64,000 nt of DNA, from positions 2,400,001-2,464,000 of the forward strand of contig OY760505.1 in the NCBI GenBank assembly GCA_963663545.1. Reading direction: 5' to 3'. The stretch comes from Candidatus Delongbacteria bacterium (GTDB lineage: Bacteria > CAIWAD01). Of the stretch, positions 1 to 9,663 are shown one piece after another. Position 1 is the stretch's first letter. The number at the start of each line of letters is the position of its first letter. The position numbers were made by a program, and so were the translations under genes. Below the pieces are notes generated by a model. The model was given only the letters and a program-made list of their open reading frames with translations, was not told where the DNA came from and did no database searches.

Positions 1-2
1 CG

Positions 3-1991
3 CTAGTGTTTCCGGCGTGGTTCAGCGGCTCTGTGATGTACGATGAGTTCTTTGGCAAGGTGGATGAGTCGGAGCTGATTCGATTTGCGATTGGCCGGTT
101 GCCAGTATCCTCCGCATCGGATGCCCAAACATGCGTTGAAAAGATCATCTCCTATGAAAGTGGGGAGTACACAGGCGACTGGCATAATCACCTTGTGTTT
201 GTTGCCGATGACGAGCACCGAGAAGACTATACTGCTTCTGTTGGCGAGTATCGGCATAGTCGTGATACAGAGAGCCTAATTGCGAACTGTGTCCCGGCTT
301 CCTTTGATGTCCAGCGCCTGTATTCGATCGAGTATCCAAGCGTCTACAATCCTGAGATTCGGGTTCACGAAAAGCCGCTGCTGGAGCAGGAGTTGTTGAG
401 CGCCATCAATGCGGGAGCAGTCCTGATTAATTATACGGGGCATGCCAACATCAACACATGGTCGCACGAGTACATCCTTCATCAATCGAAGCACTTGTCA
501 CGTATCACGACAAACAACCATCCTGCCATGTACATGGCATTGGCGTGTGAGTGGGCCGAAATCGCACAGCCAGCAGGCAGAACCATGTCGCAAGAGCTGA
601 TGTGCAAACCCAATGCGGGAGCCATTGCCGTAGTAGCGGGCGCTGCACCGACAAACGGTCCGAACAATTTTAATATGGCTGTCCCTTTGTATTCGCAGCT
701 TTTCCGGAGTCGTGATACGGATGAAGAGCAGATTACACTGGCTGAAGCTCTGCGCTATGCAAAGAATGAGAACATCTTCGACAGCAATCGTAGCAAGTAC
801 TTGTATCTGGGTGATCCAAGCCTCCGTCCAGCATTCCCGGCTGGCGGGGGACGCGTGACACAAATCCTTACTGGCGGAACTGAGTCCGATACCTTGTTGA
901 CGACGGATCTAGCTGTGATACAAGCGCTAACATCGAGTGCCTCTTCTGGACAAGCTGTTTGCTCAGGGATTTCCCAGGTGGTAATACGTGAAGCTCCGGT
1001 TCAACGCGAGTACATCTTTGATCAACCAGATGGCGGAGCTGGTGAGAATAGTGTGCTATTCAACTACAGCAAGACTGGGCCGCTACTCTACCGTGGGCAG
1101 TTGCCGGTTCAGGATCAGTGTATTACAGCACAGTTTATCGTGCCCAAGGACTTTTCCGGAATGGCCGGAAATGGACAGATTCGCATGTACTACAAGAGCG
1201 ACGATCCGGATCACGCGGATCAGGACGGTGTGGTCTACAGCGACGCCTTTACAGTCGATTTTCATCCGAATCCGCGAAGTGATACACAGGCACCCGGGAT
1301 TGCTGTCTATTTCAATGGTCCGCAGTGGCGGCCAGAGGACTGGATCGCACCAAACAGCAGCCTGATTGTGCAGATCAGCGACAGCAGCGGAATCAACATT
1401 ACGGGTGAAATCGGACATCGCATTGAACTGGTGCTTGATGGAGCACAGCCCATTGATCTTACACCTGATTTCGTGTACGACGAGGGAAGCTGGACTTCCG
1501 GTTCGATCAGCCGCCAATTGCCCGTAGTAGAATCCGGGTATCACGAGTTGCGGCTTCGCGCCTTTGACAGTTTCAACAATGTCGGCTATGCCGAAAGTGA
1601 GTTCTATGTGGTCGAAGAGGGCCCGATTGCACTTGGCAGCGTTGTGAATTTCCCTAATCCGGTGAAAGCCCAGACGCAGTTCACTTTCTGCGTCGACGGT
1701 GTTGTTCCTGAGGCGATGAATGAGGTGATTGTGAGCGTTTACACTCTGCGCGGTCGACGTGTAGCACGCTGTAGCCTCGATGTCTATGGAAGTGGAGCGT
1801 TGTATTTCACTCAGGATTGGACGCCGCGAAATGATCACGGTGACACACTGGCGCGCGGTATCTATCTCTATCGGCTCGAAGTCCGCTTACCAGGCTTTAC
1901 ATATTCCTTGCTGGATAGTTACGGAAACGCGCAAGTGCAGCAAGTAGATGCGCACAATCTCTGCGGTGTGGGAAGGATGATCGTGGAGTAA
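3..1991 (+). CDS. porU: Type IX secretion sortase PorU-like protein (peptidase C25/gingipain family), 5'-truncated by window edge
   Basis: C25 motifs IGRLPV, VFVADD, INYTGH (catalytic His), ALACEW (catalytic Cys), YLGDPSL; PorU-like D-SSGIN...IGH segment; C-terminal VVNFPNPV...VYTLRGRRV...LARGIYLYRL T9SS CTD. Confidence 0.8.
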   Translation, partial: LVFPAWFSGSVMYDEFFGKVDESELIRFAIGRLPVSSASDAQTCVEKIISYESGEYTGDWHNHLVFVADDEHREDYTASVGEYRHSRDTESLIANCVPASFDVQRLYSIEYPSVYNPEIRVHEKPLLEQELLSAINAGAVLINYTGHANINTWSHEYILHQSKHLSRITTNNHPAMYMALACEWAEIAQPAGRTMSQELMCKPNAGAIAVVAGAAPTNGPNNFNMAVPLYSQLFRSRDTDEEQITLAEALRYAKNENIFDSNRSKYLYLGDPSLRPAFPAGGGRVTQILTGGTESDTLLTTDLAVIQALTSSASSGQAVCSGISQVVIREAPVQREYIFDQPDGGAGENSVLFNYSKTGPLLYRGQLPVQDQCITAQFIVPKDFSGMAGNGQIRMYYKSDDPDHADQDGVVYSDAFTVDFHPNPRSDTQAPGIAVYFNGPQWRPEDWIAPNSSLIVQISDSSGINITGEIGHRIELVLDGAQPIDLTPDFVYDEGSWTSGSISRQLPVVESGYHELRLRAFDSFNNVGYAESEFYVVEEGPIALGSVVNFPNPVKAQTQFTFCVDGVVPEAMNEVIVSVYTLRGRRVARCSLDVYGSGALYFTQDWTPRNDHGDTLARGIYLYRLEVRLPGFTYSLLDSYGNAQVQQVDAHNLCGVGRMIVE

Positions 1992-1992
1992 G

Positions 1993-3072
1993 CTATGGCT
2001 GTTCTTGAGATTGCCGACACTCGCGCAACAGCGCTTGAAGACGTTCGTAGCGCTCGGTGAAGCGGTCTCGGTTCTCTTTGGAAACGTCAAGCGATATTGC
2101 GCGCTCCCCCACTGCCAATGCCGCTTGCGGGCCAAAAAGCTGCAAAGCAACCTGGCTTTGCTTCTCGAGGCAAAGGAATTCGTTGACGTGGTTATTGTGC
2201 TTTGCCTGCGCAAGCTGCGCAAGTATTGTGTTGTAGCACGCATCGGCCTCGTGAAAGCGTCGTGCAGCCAAGAGCGCATCTGCATAGGGAAATAGAAACA
2301 GACGACTTCCAGGATACTGCTGCAGCCATTTCTCACATAACTCGATGGCCTCCTCGTATCGCTGCATTTCCATCAGCATCCACGCCAGATTGGAGGCTGC
2401 AACAGCGGGATGGAACAACCCGTTATGCATCGCCTGTGATACAAGTGCAATACTCTCTTCCCGCTCGTCTCCAACAAAAGGCAACCAACCGAGTTTTACA
2501 GATCGCCAGAAACGGTAGCTGCCCGTCGCCAGGAGGACATCGCTGAAATCCGGGCATTCGGCTTCGACTTTCGCCAGGAGCTTTGCACCGTGCAGGCCAT
2601 CGCTCATTGCGCGGAGATATTGCTGCCTTCGAGTAGCGTGATACGCGTACCAGGAGTCCAGGCATCCCTCGATGTAGTCCAGCAGCAACGAGGAGTCACC
2701 TGCATCGCGTCTTTGATCCACCAACTCGCGCGCCTTGTCCAGCCCTGCTAGAAAGCCCTCCTCGCCACGAAAGCTCTCTTCGTCAACCATGCGATAGTTG
2801 ATTACAGATGCGTAATAGAGCCAGTGCTCCGGCTGATCTGGGCGTGCTGCAACGAGAGAGTCAACAATTGCCTGTGCGTCTGCAAAATCCTGCCTGACGC
2901 AGTACTCGATCGCACGATTGACGGTCTTGATTAGCAAGGAGTCGGGCGCGCAATGCGAGGTCGAAGCCGGGGACGCATTTAGAAGCACGACAAGCACTGC
3001 CAGCAGGCATGTTGTCATCCCACTTGTGGTGCTGCGATGCTTCATGTCGAAATGCGGTATCCAGCGCAGCAT
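1993..3072 (-). CDS. Secreted TPR-repeat protein
   Basis: Hydrophobic signal-like N-terminus; helical TPR-like repeats (NLAWMLMEMQRYEEAIELCE, YADALLAARRFHEADACY). Start may be a downstream Met. Confidence 0.65.
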   Translation of the reverse strand: MLRWIPHFDMKHRSTTSGMTTCLLAVLVVLLNASPASTSHCAPDSLLIKTVNRAIEYCVRQDFADAQAIVDSLVAARPDQPEHWLYYASVINYRMVDEESFRGEEGFLAGLDKARELVDQRRDAGDSSLLLDYIEGCLDSWYAYHATRRQQYLRAMSDGLHGAKLLAKVEAECPDFSDVLLATGSYRFWRSVKLGWLPFVGDEREESIALVSQAMHNGLFHPAVAASNLAWMLMEMQRYEEAIELCEKWLQQYPGSRLFLFPYADALLAARRFHEADACYNTILAQLAQAKHNNHVNEFLCLEKQSQVALQLFGPQAALAVGERAISLDVSKENRDRFTERYERLQALLRECRQSQEQP

Positions 3073-3078
3073 GCGCCG

Positions 3079-3720
3079 CTATCCCTCATCCGATGAAAAC
3101 ATGGTGCCAAAAATGCGATCGCCAGCGTCTCCCAGGCCAGGCAGGATATAGCCTTGGCTATTGAGTTCGCGATCCATCGCTGCTCCGATGATCGGTACGT
3201 CGGGATGGCATCGGCTCAATTGCTCAACACCCTCAGGCGCTGCCAATACACAGACGAAGCGCAATCGCGCGGCTTGACGTTCTTTCAAGTAGCTGATTGC
3301 AGCACACGCTGTGCCACCCGTAGCGAGCATTGGATCCAGAACGATTAGCTCGTGGCGGGCTAGGCTGGCCGGCAGCTTTTTGTAATACACGACTGGCTCA
3401 AGGGTCTCTTCATTGCGGTACAAACCCAGATGAGCGACAGCGGCAGTAGGCAATAGGCGCGAGAAGCCATCCACCATGCCTAATCCGGCTCGTAGGATGG
3501 GAACTAGCATCAGGGGACGGGCGAGGCGGTAGGCGCGCATCTGCTCAAGCGGAGTTTCCACCTCGTAAGCTTCCGTTTCCAAGTTCGCCGTCACAGTCGG
3601 AACCATTAGACTGGCGATCCGCTCGATCAGATCCGCAAACTCTGTGCAGGAGGTCCTCAGATCCCGCGCACGACCCAGATAGTGGCGGATGAGCGGGTGT
3701 TCGACAAGTTGTATACTCAT
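3079..3720 (-). CDS. upp: Uracil phosphoribosyltransferase
   Basis: HPLI, VPILRAGLGM, LDPMLATGGT (PRPP binding), GYILPGLGDAGDRIFGT; start trimmed to MSIQLVEHP. Confidence 0.97.
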   Translation of the reverse strand: MSIQLVEHPLIRHYLGRARDLRTSCTEFADLIERIASLMVPTVTANLETEAYEVETPLEQMRAYRLARPLMLVPILRAGLGMVDGFSRLLPTAAVAHLGLYRNEETLEPVVYYKKLPASLARHELIVLDPMLATGGTACAAISYLKERQAARLRFVCVLAAPEGVEQLSRCHPDVPIIGAAMDRELNSQGYILPGLGDAGDRIFGTMFSSDEG

Positions 3721-3867
3721 GCTTCTTCCGAATTGACCTTCGAACCTATTACATCCAACTCGTCCAGGCAATGCCAGCCCCTCAAGCGGGCGGGTCTTTT
3801 CTGCGTATTGACCAAAGGTAGAAGGGCGGCTAGCCGATATGGAAGAAAATAAGACCCGGGAGCGCCT

Positions 3868-4845
3868 GTGTTTCAACAGCTAGAACTGAAATCCCGCTAT
3901 CAGCCCAATGGCTTGCGTGTAAAACTGGAGACGCCTCTTACGCTGGAGGCGAACTTCGACGAGCGACTGTTGCAGGTTCTTGACGAGATAACTGCGGGGC
4001 GCTACGGCGATGAACTCCCGTCTCTGGCCGGATTAGCGACGGAAGTGCGCGATCAATACCACACCTATAGCCTGGTTCGTTTGGCGAAGTGTGATAGTGA
4101 GTGCTTGTTCATGCTGATGGCAGCTTTGGCGGCTCGGCTTTCAGCGCGTCTAGGTGCAGCGGATAGCTCCCTTGAGTTGGATCAACCGGCGCCGGATGAG
4201 CTGGTGATGAGGTTTCAGCCCGGTCATGAATTTCTTCATCCGTTTTCTATGCTCTATGCTTCCAGCTTGGTTTCAAGCTTGCATCGGAATCCACAATTTG
4301 AGCCACGAATGGCCCATCTTTTGGAGGTGGCCCAGTTATTTTTCCTGAAAGAATATTCCCTATCGACAGATGAGAGGGCCTTGCACAATCTTCGTGGTAA
4401 GTACTCACAAGAGACAATTAACAGTTTTGTGAATCTGATTCATCCCGATCCTGCGTTAGTGGAGAACCAGTTTTCTAGCATTTTACTGTTGGAAGATAAC
4501 GCGGATTTAGTTGAAATTGTTGGAGATATGCTTTCGAGTTTTGGCTATGTCGTCTATTGTGCCTACGATGGAATGCAAGGATTAAAATTGATGGAAAAAC
4601 TTGCATTTGACCTCGTAGTCAGCGACATTCAAATGCCGGGTTTAGATGGCTTGAGTTTTTTACAAGTTCTGCGGAACTTAAAGCCATCGGTACCAGTAGT
4701 AATCACGACTGGCTTCACTGGGATCTGGCGGAAAGAGGATGTGATAAGCCGCGGAGCGGTTGCCTTTCTGCCGAAGCCCTTCCGAATGGAAGACTTGATT
4801 GGGACAGTGCAACAGTCGTTGATGCCGGAAGGATGCCGGCACTGA
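3868..4845 (+). CDS. Response regulator with C-terminal receiver domain and uncharacterised N-terminal domain
   Basis: ILLLEDN...DLVVSDIQMPGLDG...VVITTG...FLPKPF receiver motifs in last ~120 aa. Confidence 0.8.
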   Translation: MFQQLELKSRYQPNGLRVKLETPLTLEANFDERLLQVLDEITAGRYGDELPSLAGLATEVRDQYHTYSLVRLAKCDSECLFMLMAALAARLSARLGAADSSLELDQPAPDELVMRFQPGHEFLHPFSMLYASSLVSSLHRNPQFEPRMAHLLEVAQLFFLKEYSLSTDERALHNLRGKYSQETINSFVNLIHPDPALVENQFSSILLLEDNADLVEIVGDMLSSFGYVVYCAYDGMQGLKLMEKLAFDLVVSDIQMPGLDGLSFLQVLRNLKPSVPVVITTGFTGIWRKEDVISRGAVAFLPKPFRMEDLIGTVQQSLMPEGCRH

Positions 4846-4949
4846 ATTTGACCCCTCTCTTAGCTGTGTGTTTGCAAGTGGCCCGCACTTCCCCAGTGTT
4901 GGGCCGCTTGCGCTTTTTGTCCATGCAGCACGCATCCGGCAACTCTGTA

Positions 4950-4978
4950 AACAGAGGGGGCCGTCCGAAGACGACCCC
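4950..4978 (-). terminator. Probable intrinsic terminator of the TonB-dependent receptor gene
   Basis: Minus strand GGGGTCGTC-TTCG-GACGGCCCC hairpin (cUUCGg loop) then CTCTGTTT, 35 nt after the stop. Confidence 0.65.
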
Positions 4979-5013
4979 AAAGAGTTCGTAATGATTTGCG
5001 CGCAGTTCGCTTG

Positions 5014-7560
5014 TTACAGCATCATCTTCATTGTAATACTCCAGCAGCGTCCAGCAGCCGGATAGAGTGCTCGCTGAGGTTCGTATAGCCAGTCGCCATT
5101 GCTGTCGACCCAGTCGTTCCAGTAGCCGTTTGTCTCATACTCTTTGTTGAGCAGATTGCTGACGTGAAGGTGCAGGCTGAGATCCTGATGCAACCACTGC
5201 TGAAGATGTAGGCTAGCTTCCAGGCTCAGTGTTGCATAGGCGGCAATGGTTTTGGGGAGCAACAGATGGCCATTCGCATCCAGATAGGCGGGATCAATGC
5301 TGTCAAGTGGAATGGGTGAGAAGTCGTCGTCATTGCTATTGTCCAGATATTGCTTGCCAACAAACTGCACACCGGGTCGCAACTGCAGCCAGGGAGTAGG
5401 CTGCCAGTTCACCCAGCCGTTCAGTACAAGGTCCGGCGTCAGTGCGATAGGGTTGCCCGAAAAATCCCGTGATACAGTGGTTTCATTCCATTCGGCATCG
5501 TAGGCGCTATCATATACGGTTAGTTCGTCAATCTTGTTACTGCTAAGCGCTGCATTGCCGCCCATGCGAAGCGAATTGTGCACTTGCGCTTCGGCCTCCA
5601 GTTCAATTCCCGCGTGGTGAGAGCGCGGAGCATTTCCTTTCACTGGGCTTTCTTCGTCAAGGCCGCCGAAATTGACGATTTCATCATGCATGTCCATGTA
5701 GTACAAGTTTGCGCTGCAGTAGAGGTCTCGGGTGCGATATCCGATGCCCCATTCCAGATCCAACATGCGCTCCGGTTTGATCAGTGGATCGCTCCATTCT
5801 ACAACCCCGTCTGTGCGCAGTGTCGCGGAGCGGAACATGGGTGTCACATGAAGATCGTCTGGGCCTTCCCAGGCATTCCAGTATTCGCTGCGACTTGGCT
5901 CTCGCCACGTGAGTCCGATACTCGCATACGTACGTAGATTCGGGCTCAGCTCCCAGCACGCTCCCAGGGCTGGGTTGAGGAAGGCGTTATCATCCACGAA
6001 GGCGTTGCGTGTACCATTTGCCGCGCTGAAGGAACCCTCCTCGAGCTGCTCCAGGCTGTAGCGTGACCAGACGCCTGTCAGGCGCAGGCTTAAGTGCAGA
6101 TCATTCCGCGGTGATACAGATGCCAACGCAAAGGCACTGAGGCGTTGTTTCTCTGTCTCGTGTGTGTAATAGCGAGTTCCGGGAATCCAGCCCTCAGGCG
6201 TGATACTGGCCCATGTGACTTCGCCCCAGTGCTCGGCAGAGTAAGTATACGCGGACAGCCCAGACGACAGTTTTACAATGTGCCTAGTATAGTCCATTCG
6301 CAGATTCATGCCTGTCTGCTTCTTGGGTATCCATCGGCGGTTGACTAGATCAACTTCCGGCGCCTCTTCGCCCGCCTCGACGGGGAAGAGTAGGCCGTAA
6401 TCGGCTGCGTCACGCCCACTCTTGTAGGTTTCGTAATAGCCATCTCCACTTACGTGATACACAGTCAGTGTACTGCGGAGGCTTTCATTCAGCGTTTGCT
6501 CCCACAACAACTGATAATGCTGCTGGTTGAAGTCGTCTACGCTATTGGCATAGCTTGCATCGTTATTCTGTTGCCTATCCTGCAGTTCTCCGTTCAGGCC
6601 GAATAGAACGCTTTCATCAATCCCATCCCAGGCCGTGTGAGTCAGCTCGTGACCGTTCATGTGTGTGATACGTATTACGCCACCAGGCAGAATACGCTGT
6701 GCGGATGCGTAGTAGCTCCACATCTCTACGCCTGTGCGATCACGATAACCCGCGGTTTCAAGTGTGCTGAAGCGTGCGTCCATCAGCCAGTCGCCGGTAA
6801 AACCACTGGCCAGGCCCAGATTGTAGCGACGCGTGTCCAGACTTCCTCGTGTGATACTCGCGTTCAGGTGCGGTGTAGGACTCAGGCCAGTAACCAGATT
6901 AACGCTTCCTCCGATGTTGCTGCTGCCGAGAAGGCCTGATCCCGTGCCACGTTGGATTTCAATGTCGTGCAGACTTGAGCCCAGATCAGGGACATCAACC
7001 CAGTAGACGTAGTGGTCTTCCGGATCATTCAGCGGTACTCCGTTGATGAGGACTTCAATGCGCTTCTGATCAAAACCGCGCAGACGAATCTCATTGTAGC
7101 CGATTTCACTACCGGAGTAGGATGTCGTCACCAGTCCCGGTGTCCCTTCCAGTAGCTGCGCAACGTCCTGTCCGTGATCCATTTCAGTGAGGCGATCGTG
7201 TGATACTGTGCTATAGGTCACTGCACTGGTTGCATCAGCGCGACCTGTCACAACAGTGAGGGGTGCGGCAGCGTAGACGCTCTCTTCCAGCTGGATTGTC
7301 TGCTCCGAACTGCCTGTCTGCAGGGTGATACGTTGCTGCTTGTAACCAAGATGGCTTACCTGTAACACAACATCGCCTTCCGGCAGATTCCGGATCACAA
7401 AACTGCCATCATCTGCGGTAGCTGCTCCTGCGCTGCTGCCTGCGATTTGCAGGTTTGCATCAGGCACAGGATTTCCTTCAACATTGAGCACACGCCCCCG
7501 TAAATCGGCAGCGCTCAGGCATAGTGGTAGCAGTGTTGCCAATACCAGATAGCGAAACAT
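5014..7560 (-). CDS. TonB-dependent outer-membrane receptor, probably thiamine uptake
   Basis: Signal peptide, CarboxypepD_reg-like N-domain, plug motif IRLRGF...VLINGVPLND...IEIQRG, C-terminal NLLNKEY; TPP riboswitch upstream; SD GAAAGGAAGGA before ATG 7560. Confidence 0.9.
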   Translation of the reverse strand: MFRYLVLATLLPLCLSAADLRGRVLNVEGNPVPDANLQIAGSSAGAATADDGSFVIRNLPEGDVVLQVSHLGYKQQRITLQTGSSEQTIQLEESVYAAAPLTVVTGRADATSAVTYSTVSHDRLTEMDHGQDVAQLLEGTPGLVTTSYSGSEIGYNEIRLRGFDQKRIEVLINGVPLNDPEDHYVYWVDVPDLGSSLHDIEIQRGTGSGLLGSSNIGGSVNLVTGLSPTPHLNASITRGSLDTRRYNLGLASGFTGDWLMDARFSTLETAGYRDRTGVEMWSYYASAQRILPGGVIRITHMNGHELTHTAWDGIDESVLFGLNGELQDRQQNNDASYANSVDDFNQQHYQLLWEQTLNESLRSTLTVYHVSGDGYYETYKSGRDAADYGLLFPVEAGEEAPEVDLVNRRWIPKKQTGMNLRMDYTRHIVKLSSGLSAYTYSAEHWGEVTWASITPEGWIPGTRYYTHETEKQRLSAFALASVSPRNDLHLSLRLTGVWSRYSLEQLEEGSFSAANGTRNAFVDDNAFLNPALGACWELSPNLRTYASIGLTWREPSRSEYWNAWEGPDDLHVTPMFRSATLRTDGVVEWSDPLIKPERMLDLEWGIGYRTRDLYCSANLYYMDMHDEIVNFGGLDEESPVKGNAPRSHHAGIELEAEAQVHNSLRMGGNAALSSNKIDELTVYDSAYDAEWNETTVSRDFSGNPIALTPDLVLNGWVNWQPTPWLQLRPGVQFVGKQYLDNSNDDDFSPIPLDSIDPAYLDANGHLLLPKTIAAYATLSLEASLHLQQWLHQDLSLHLHVSNLLNKEYETNGYWNDWVDSNGDWLYEPQRALYPAAGRCWSITMKMML

Positions 7561-7622
7561 AGTCCTTCCTTTCACTTGAAAGAAAGGCACTGCAAGACTG
7601 TGGATGAGTGTGGAATACACAT

Positions 7623-7694
7623 TGTTCCCTGCGCCAGCATTATCCGGATCAGGTTCGAGGGTTTCATCTCAGCCTGTTACAGCACCCCTACAAC
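7623..7694 (-). ncRNA. TPP riboswitch (THI-box)
   Basis: Minus strand reads TAGGGGTGC...GGCTGAGATGAAACCCTCGAACCTGATCCGGATAATGCTGGCGCAGGGAAC, matching conserved GCUGAGA, ACCUGA, UAAU and CG-AGGGA elements. Confidence 0.95.
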
Positions 7695-7746
7695 GATTTC
7701 AATGGGCGATGGTTTTGCCCGGGGACAAGCTAGCAATTGCGGAGAA

Positions 7747-8295
7747 TCATCTTGCCAGCAGACGATTGCGCACTTCGGCAAAGGAAGGTGCGGCCGCATC
7801 TTTCACCGATAGTTGCGGAGTTTCTACCGGCCATGTGATACAAAGGTCAGGGTCGGCCCAGTGTATCACACCTTCGTCTTGCGGGTTATAGTAGCGAGTG
7901 CAAAGGTACTCGAAGTCCGCAGTTTCACTTAACACACAGAAGCCATGAGCAAATCCCTCTGGAACCCAAAGAAGTGAATGATCCGCGGCGGAAAGCTCAA
8001 CACTGGTCCACGAACCGAAGCATGCTGATGTGGGACGGAGATCAACGGCAACATCGAAAACCCGACCCTGTAGCACGCGGACAAGTTTTCCTTGCGGATT
8101 GTGGTACTGAAAGTGGAGCCCGCGCAGAATCCCTTGCGTTGAGGTGCTATGATTCAGCTGGACAAATGAAGTCGGCAGACCCCTGGCGGCAAACTCACGC
8201 TGGTTCCAGGCTTCAAAAAAGAAGCCGCGCTCGTCGCCATGAACACGTGGGAATACTTGTATCACGTCGGGAATAGAAAGAGGTCGTAATTCCAT
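7747..8295 (-). CDS. rmlC: dTDP-4-dehydrorhamnose 3,5-epimerase
   Basis: GDERGFFFE, QLNHSTS, GILRGLHFQ, QGKLVRV, DVAVDLR, VPEGFAHGF; start trimmed to MELRPLSIPDV. Confidence 0.96.
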   Translation of the reverse strand: MELRPLSIPDVIQVFPRVHGDERGFFFEAWNQREFAARGLPTSFVQLNHSTSTQGILRGLHFQYHNPQGKLVRVLQGRVFDVAVDLRPTSACFGSWTSVELSAADHSLLWVPEGFAHGFCVLSETADFEYLCTRYYNPQDEGVIHWADPDLCITWPVETPQLSVKDAAAPSFAEVRNRLLAR

Positions 8296-8463
8296 TGCAG
8301 TCTCCAATTGATGCATGAAGATAATACCACCGTCGCAGTGCCCGTACATGCTGGCCTTAGCAGCATCAGTTGGCGCTGGCGAGTATATTATAGCCTGTTG
8401 AGTGGGCACCAGACTTGCTGAATGGAGAACTTGCCGGTGCTCATCTGCCATGAAAGGATGTCC

Positions 8464-9663
8464 ATGTTTGCCCGCCTTCGCGAGAGTCTTTTCCCGCATG
8501 TAGTCGACCAGGATGATCAGATGCGCGTTGCGCGTCGTTTTCTGATTCTGCTTTCCATGGCCACAGCACTGGCATTTCAAGTTTGGCGAGGATCCTTCAA
8601 CAATTTTGCTGTCGAAGTAGGCGGAGTTGATGCGGATCAAATGGGACTGATTCAAGGCCTGCGCGAGGTTCCGGGTTTTCTATCAGTACTTATTGTTTAT
8701 CTCCTGCTGTTGATCAGCGAACGCAATCTGGCTCTCATCGCGACGGCGCTTATGGCTGTTGGTGTGGCGTGCGTGGGCTTCTTTCCATCCGTCCAGGGCA
8801 TCCTGTTTACTACTATCACCATGAGCCTGGGCTTTCACGCTTTCGAGACAGTCAATCAAAGCATCAGTCTTCAGCATGTTCCCAAGGACCGGCTGCCGCT
8901 CTTTTTGGGACAGATGCGTGCCTGGTCGGGCCTTGCGGGTCTGACCGGCCTCGCGCTGGTGATTCTGTTGAGCGAGCTTCTTGGATACAAGGGCAGTTTT
9001 CTACTTGGCGGCGTGGTCGTACTGGCAGCGACGATTTGGGGCGTGTTTGCCGGCGGTCAAATCAATGAACGAGTCCGTCAACATCGCCGGATGGTGTTAC
9101 GTCGCAAGTACGGCTTGTATTACCTGCTGACTTTCCTTTCCGGGGCGCGCCGACAAATCTTTGTGGCATTCGCCGTGTTTCTGCTTGTGAAGCATCATGG
9201 CTTCACCGTGCGCGAGATTTCCACTCTCTTCTTTATCAACAGTGCTTTGGTGATGTTACTGGCACCGAGTATCGGCCGCATGATTCAATTCTTTGGCGAG
9301 CGACGCGTGATACTTCTTGAGTACTCGGGGCTGATTTTTGTCTTCCTGGGCTACACAGTAGCCACGGAGAAGTGGCAACTGATCGCGTTGTACATAACCG
9401 ATCACTTCTTCTTTACCATGTCGATGGCCATTCGCACCTGGTTTCAGAAGATTGCCGATCCAGCGGACATGGCCTCCAGTGCCAGTGTCAGCATGACGAT
9501 CAACCATATCGCCGCAGTGTTCATTCCAATGCTTGGTGGTGTGTTGTGGTTGAAGGATTTTCGCCTGACCTTCTACCTGGGGGTAATCCTGGCTTGCTGC
9601 TCGCTCGTAGCGGCCTGTTTTGTCCAGGTGCCAGAGCCGGAAATGGTGGAGGATGCTGCGTGA
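8464..9663 (+). CDS. MFS transporter
   Basis: About 12 hydrophobic segments; REVPGFL and TINHIAAVFIP motifs; start uncertain (8422/8458/8464). Confidence 0.85.
   Translation: MFARLRESLFPHVVDQDDQMRVARRFLILLSMATALAFQVWRGSFNNFAVEVGGVDADQMGLIQGLREVPGFLSVLIVYLLLLISERNLALIATALMAVGVACVGFFPSVQGILFTTITMSLGFHAFETVNQSISLQHVPKDRLPLFLGQMRAWSGLAGLTGLALVILLSELLGYKGSFLLGGVVVLAATIWGVFAGGQINERVRQHRRMVLRRKYGLYYLLTFLSGARRQIFVAFAVFLLVKHHGFTVREISTLFFINSALVMLLAPSIGRMIQFFGERRVILLEYSGLIFVFLGYTVATEKWQLIALYITDHFFFTMSMAIRTWFQKIADPADMASSASVSMTINHIAAVFIPMLGGVLWLKDFRLTFYLGVILACCSLVAACFVQVPEPEMVEDAA

Noticed and set aside
7561..7620. N-terminal extension of the TonB receptor ORF (similar extensions for upp, rmlC, pepP, GNAT, bamD, korB, ABC ATPase)
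   Set aside because: Extensions overlap regulatory RNA or neighbouring genes; downstream starts have an SD, signal peptide or family N-terminus.
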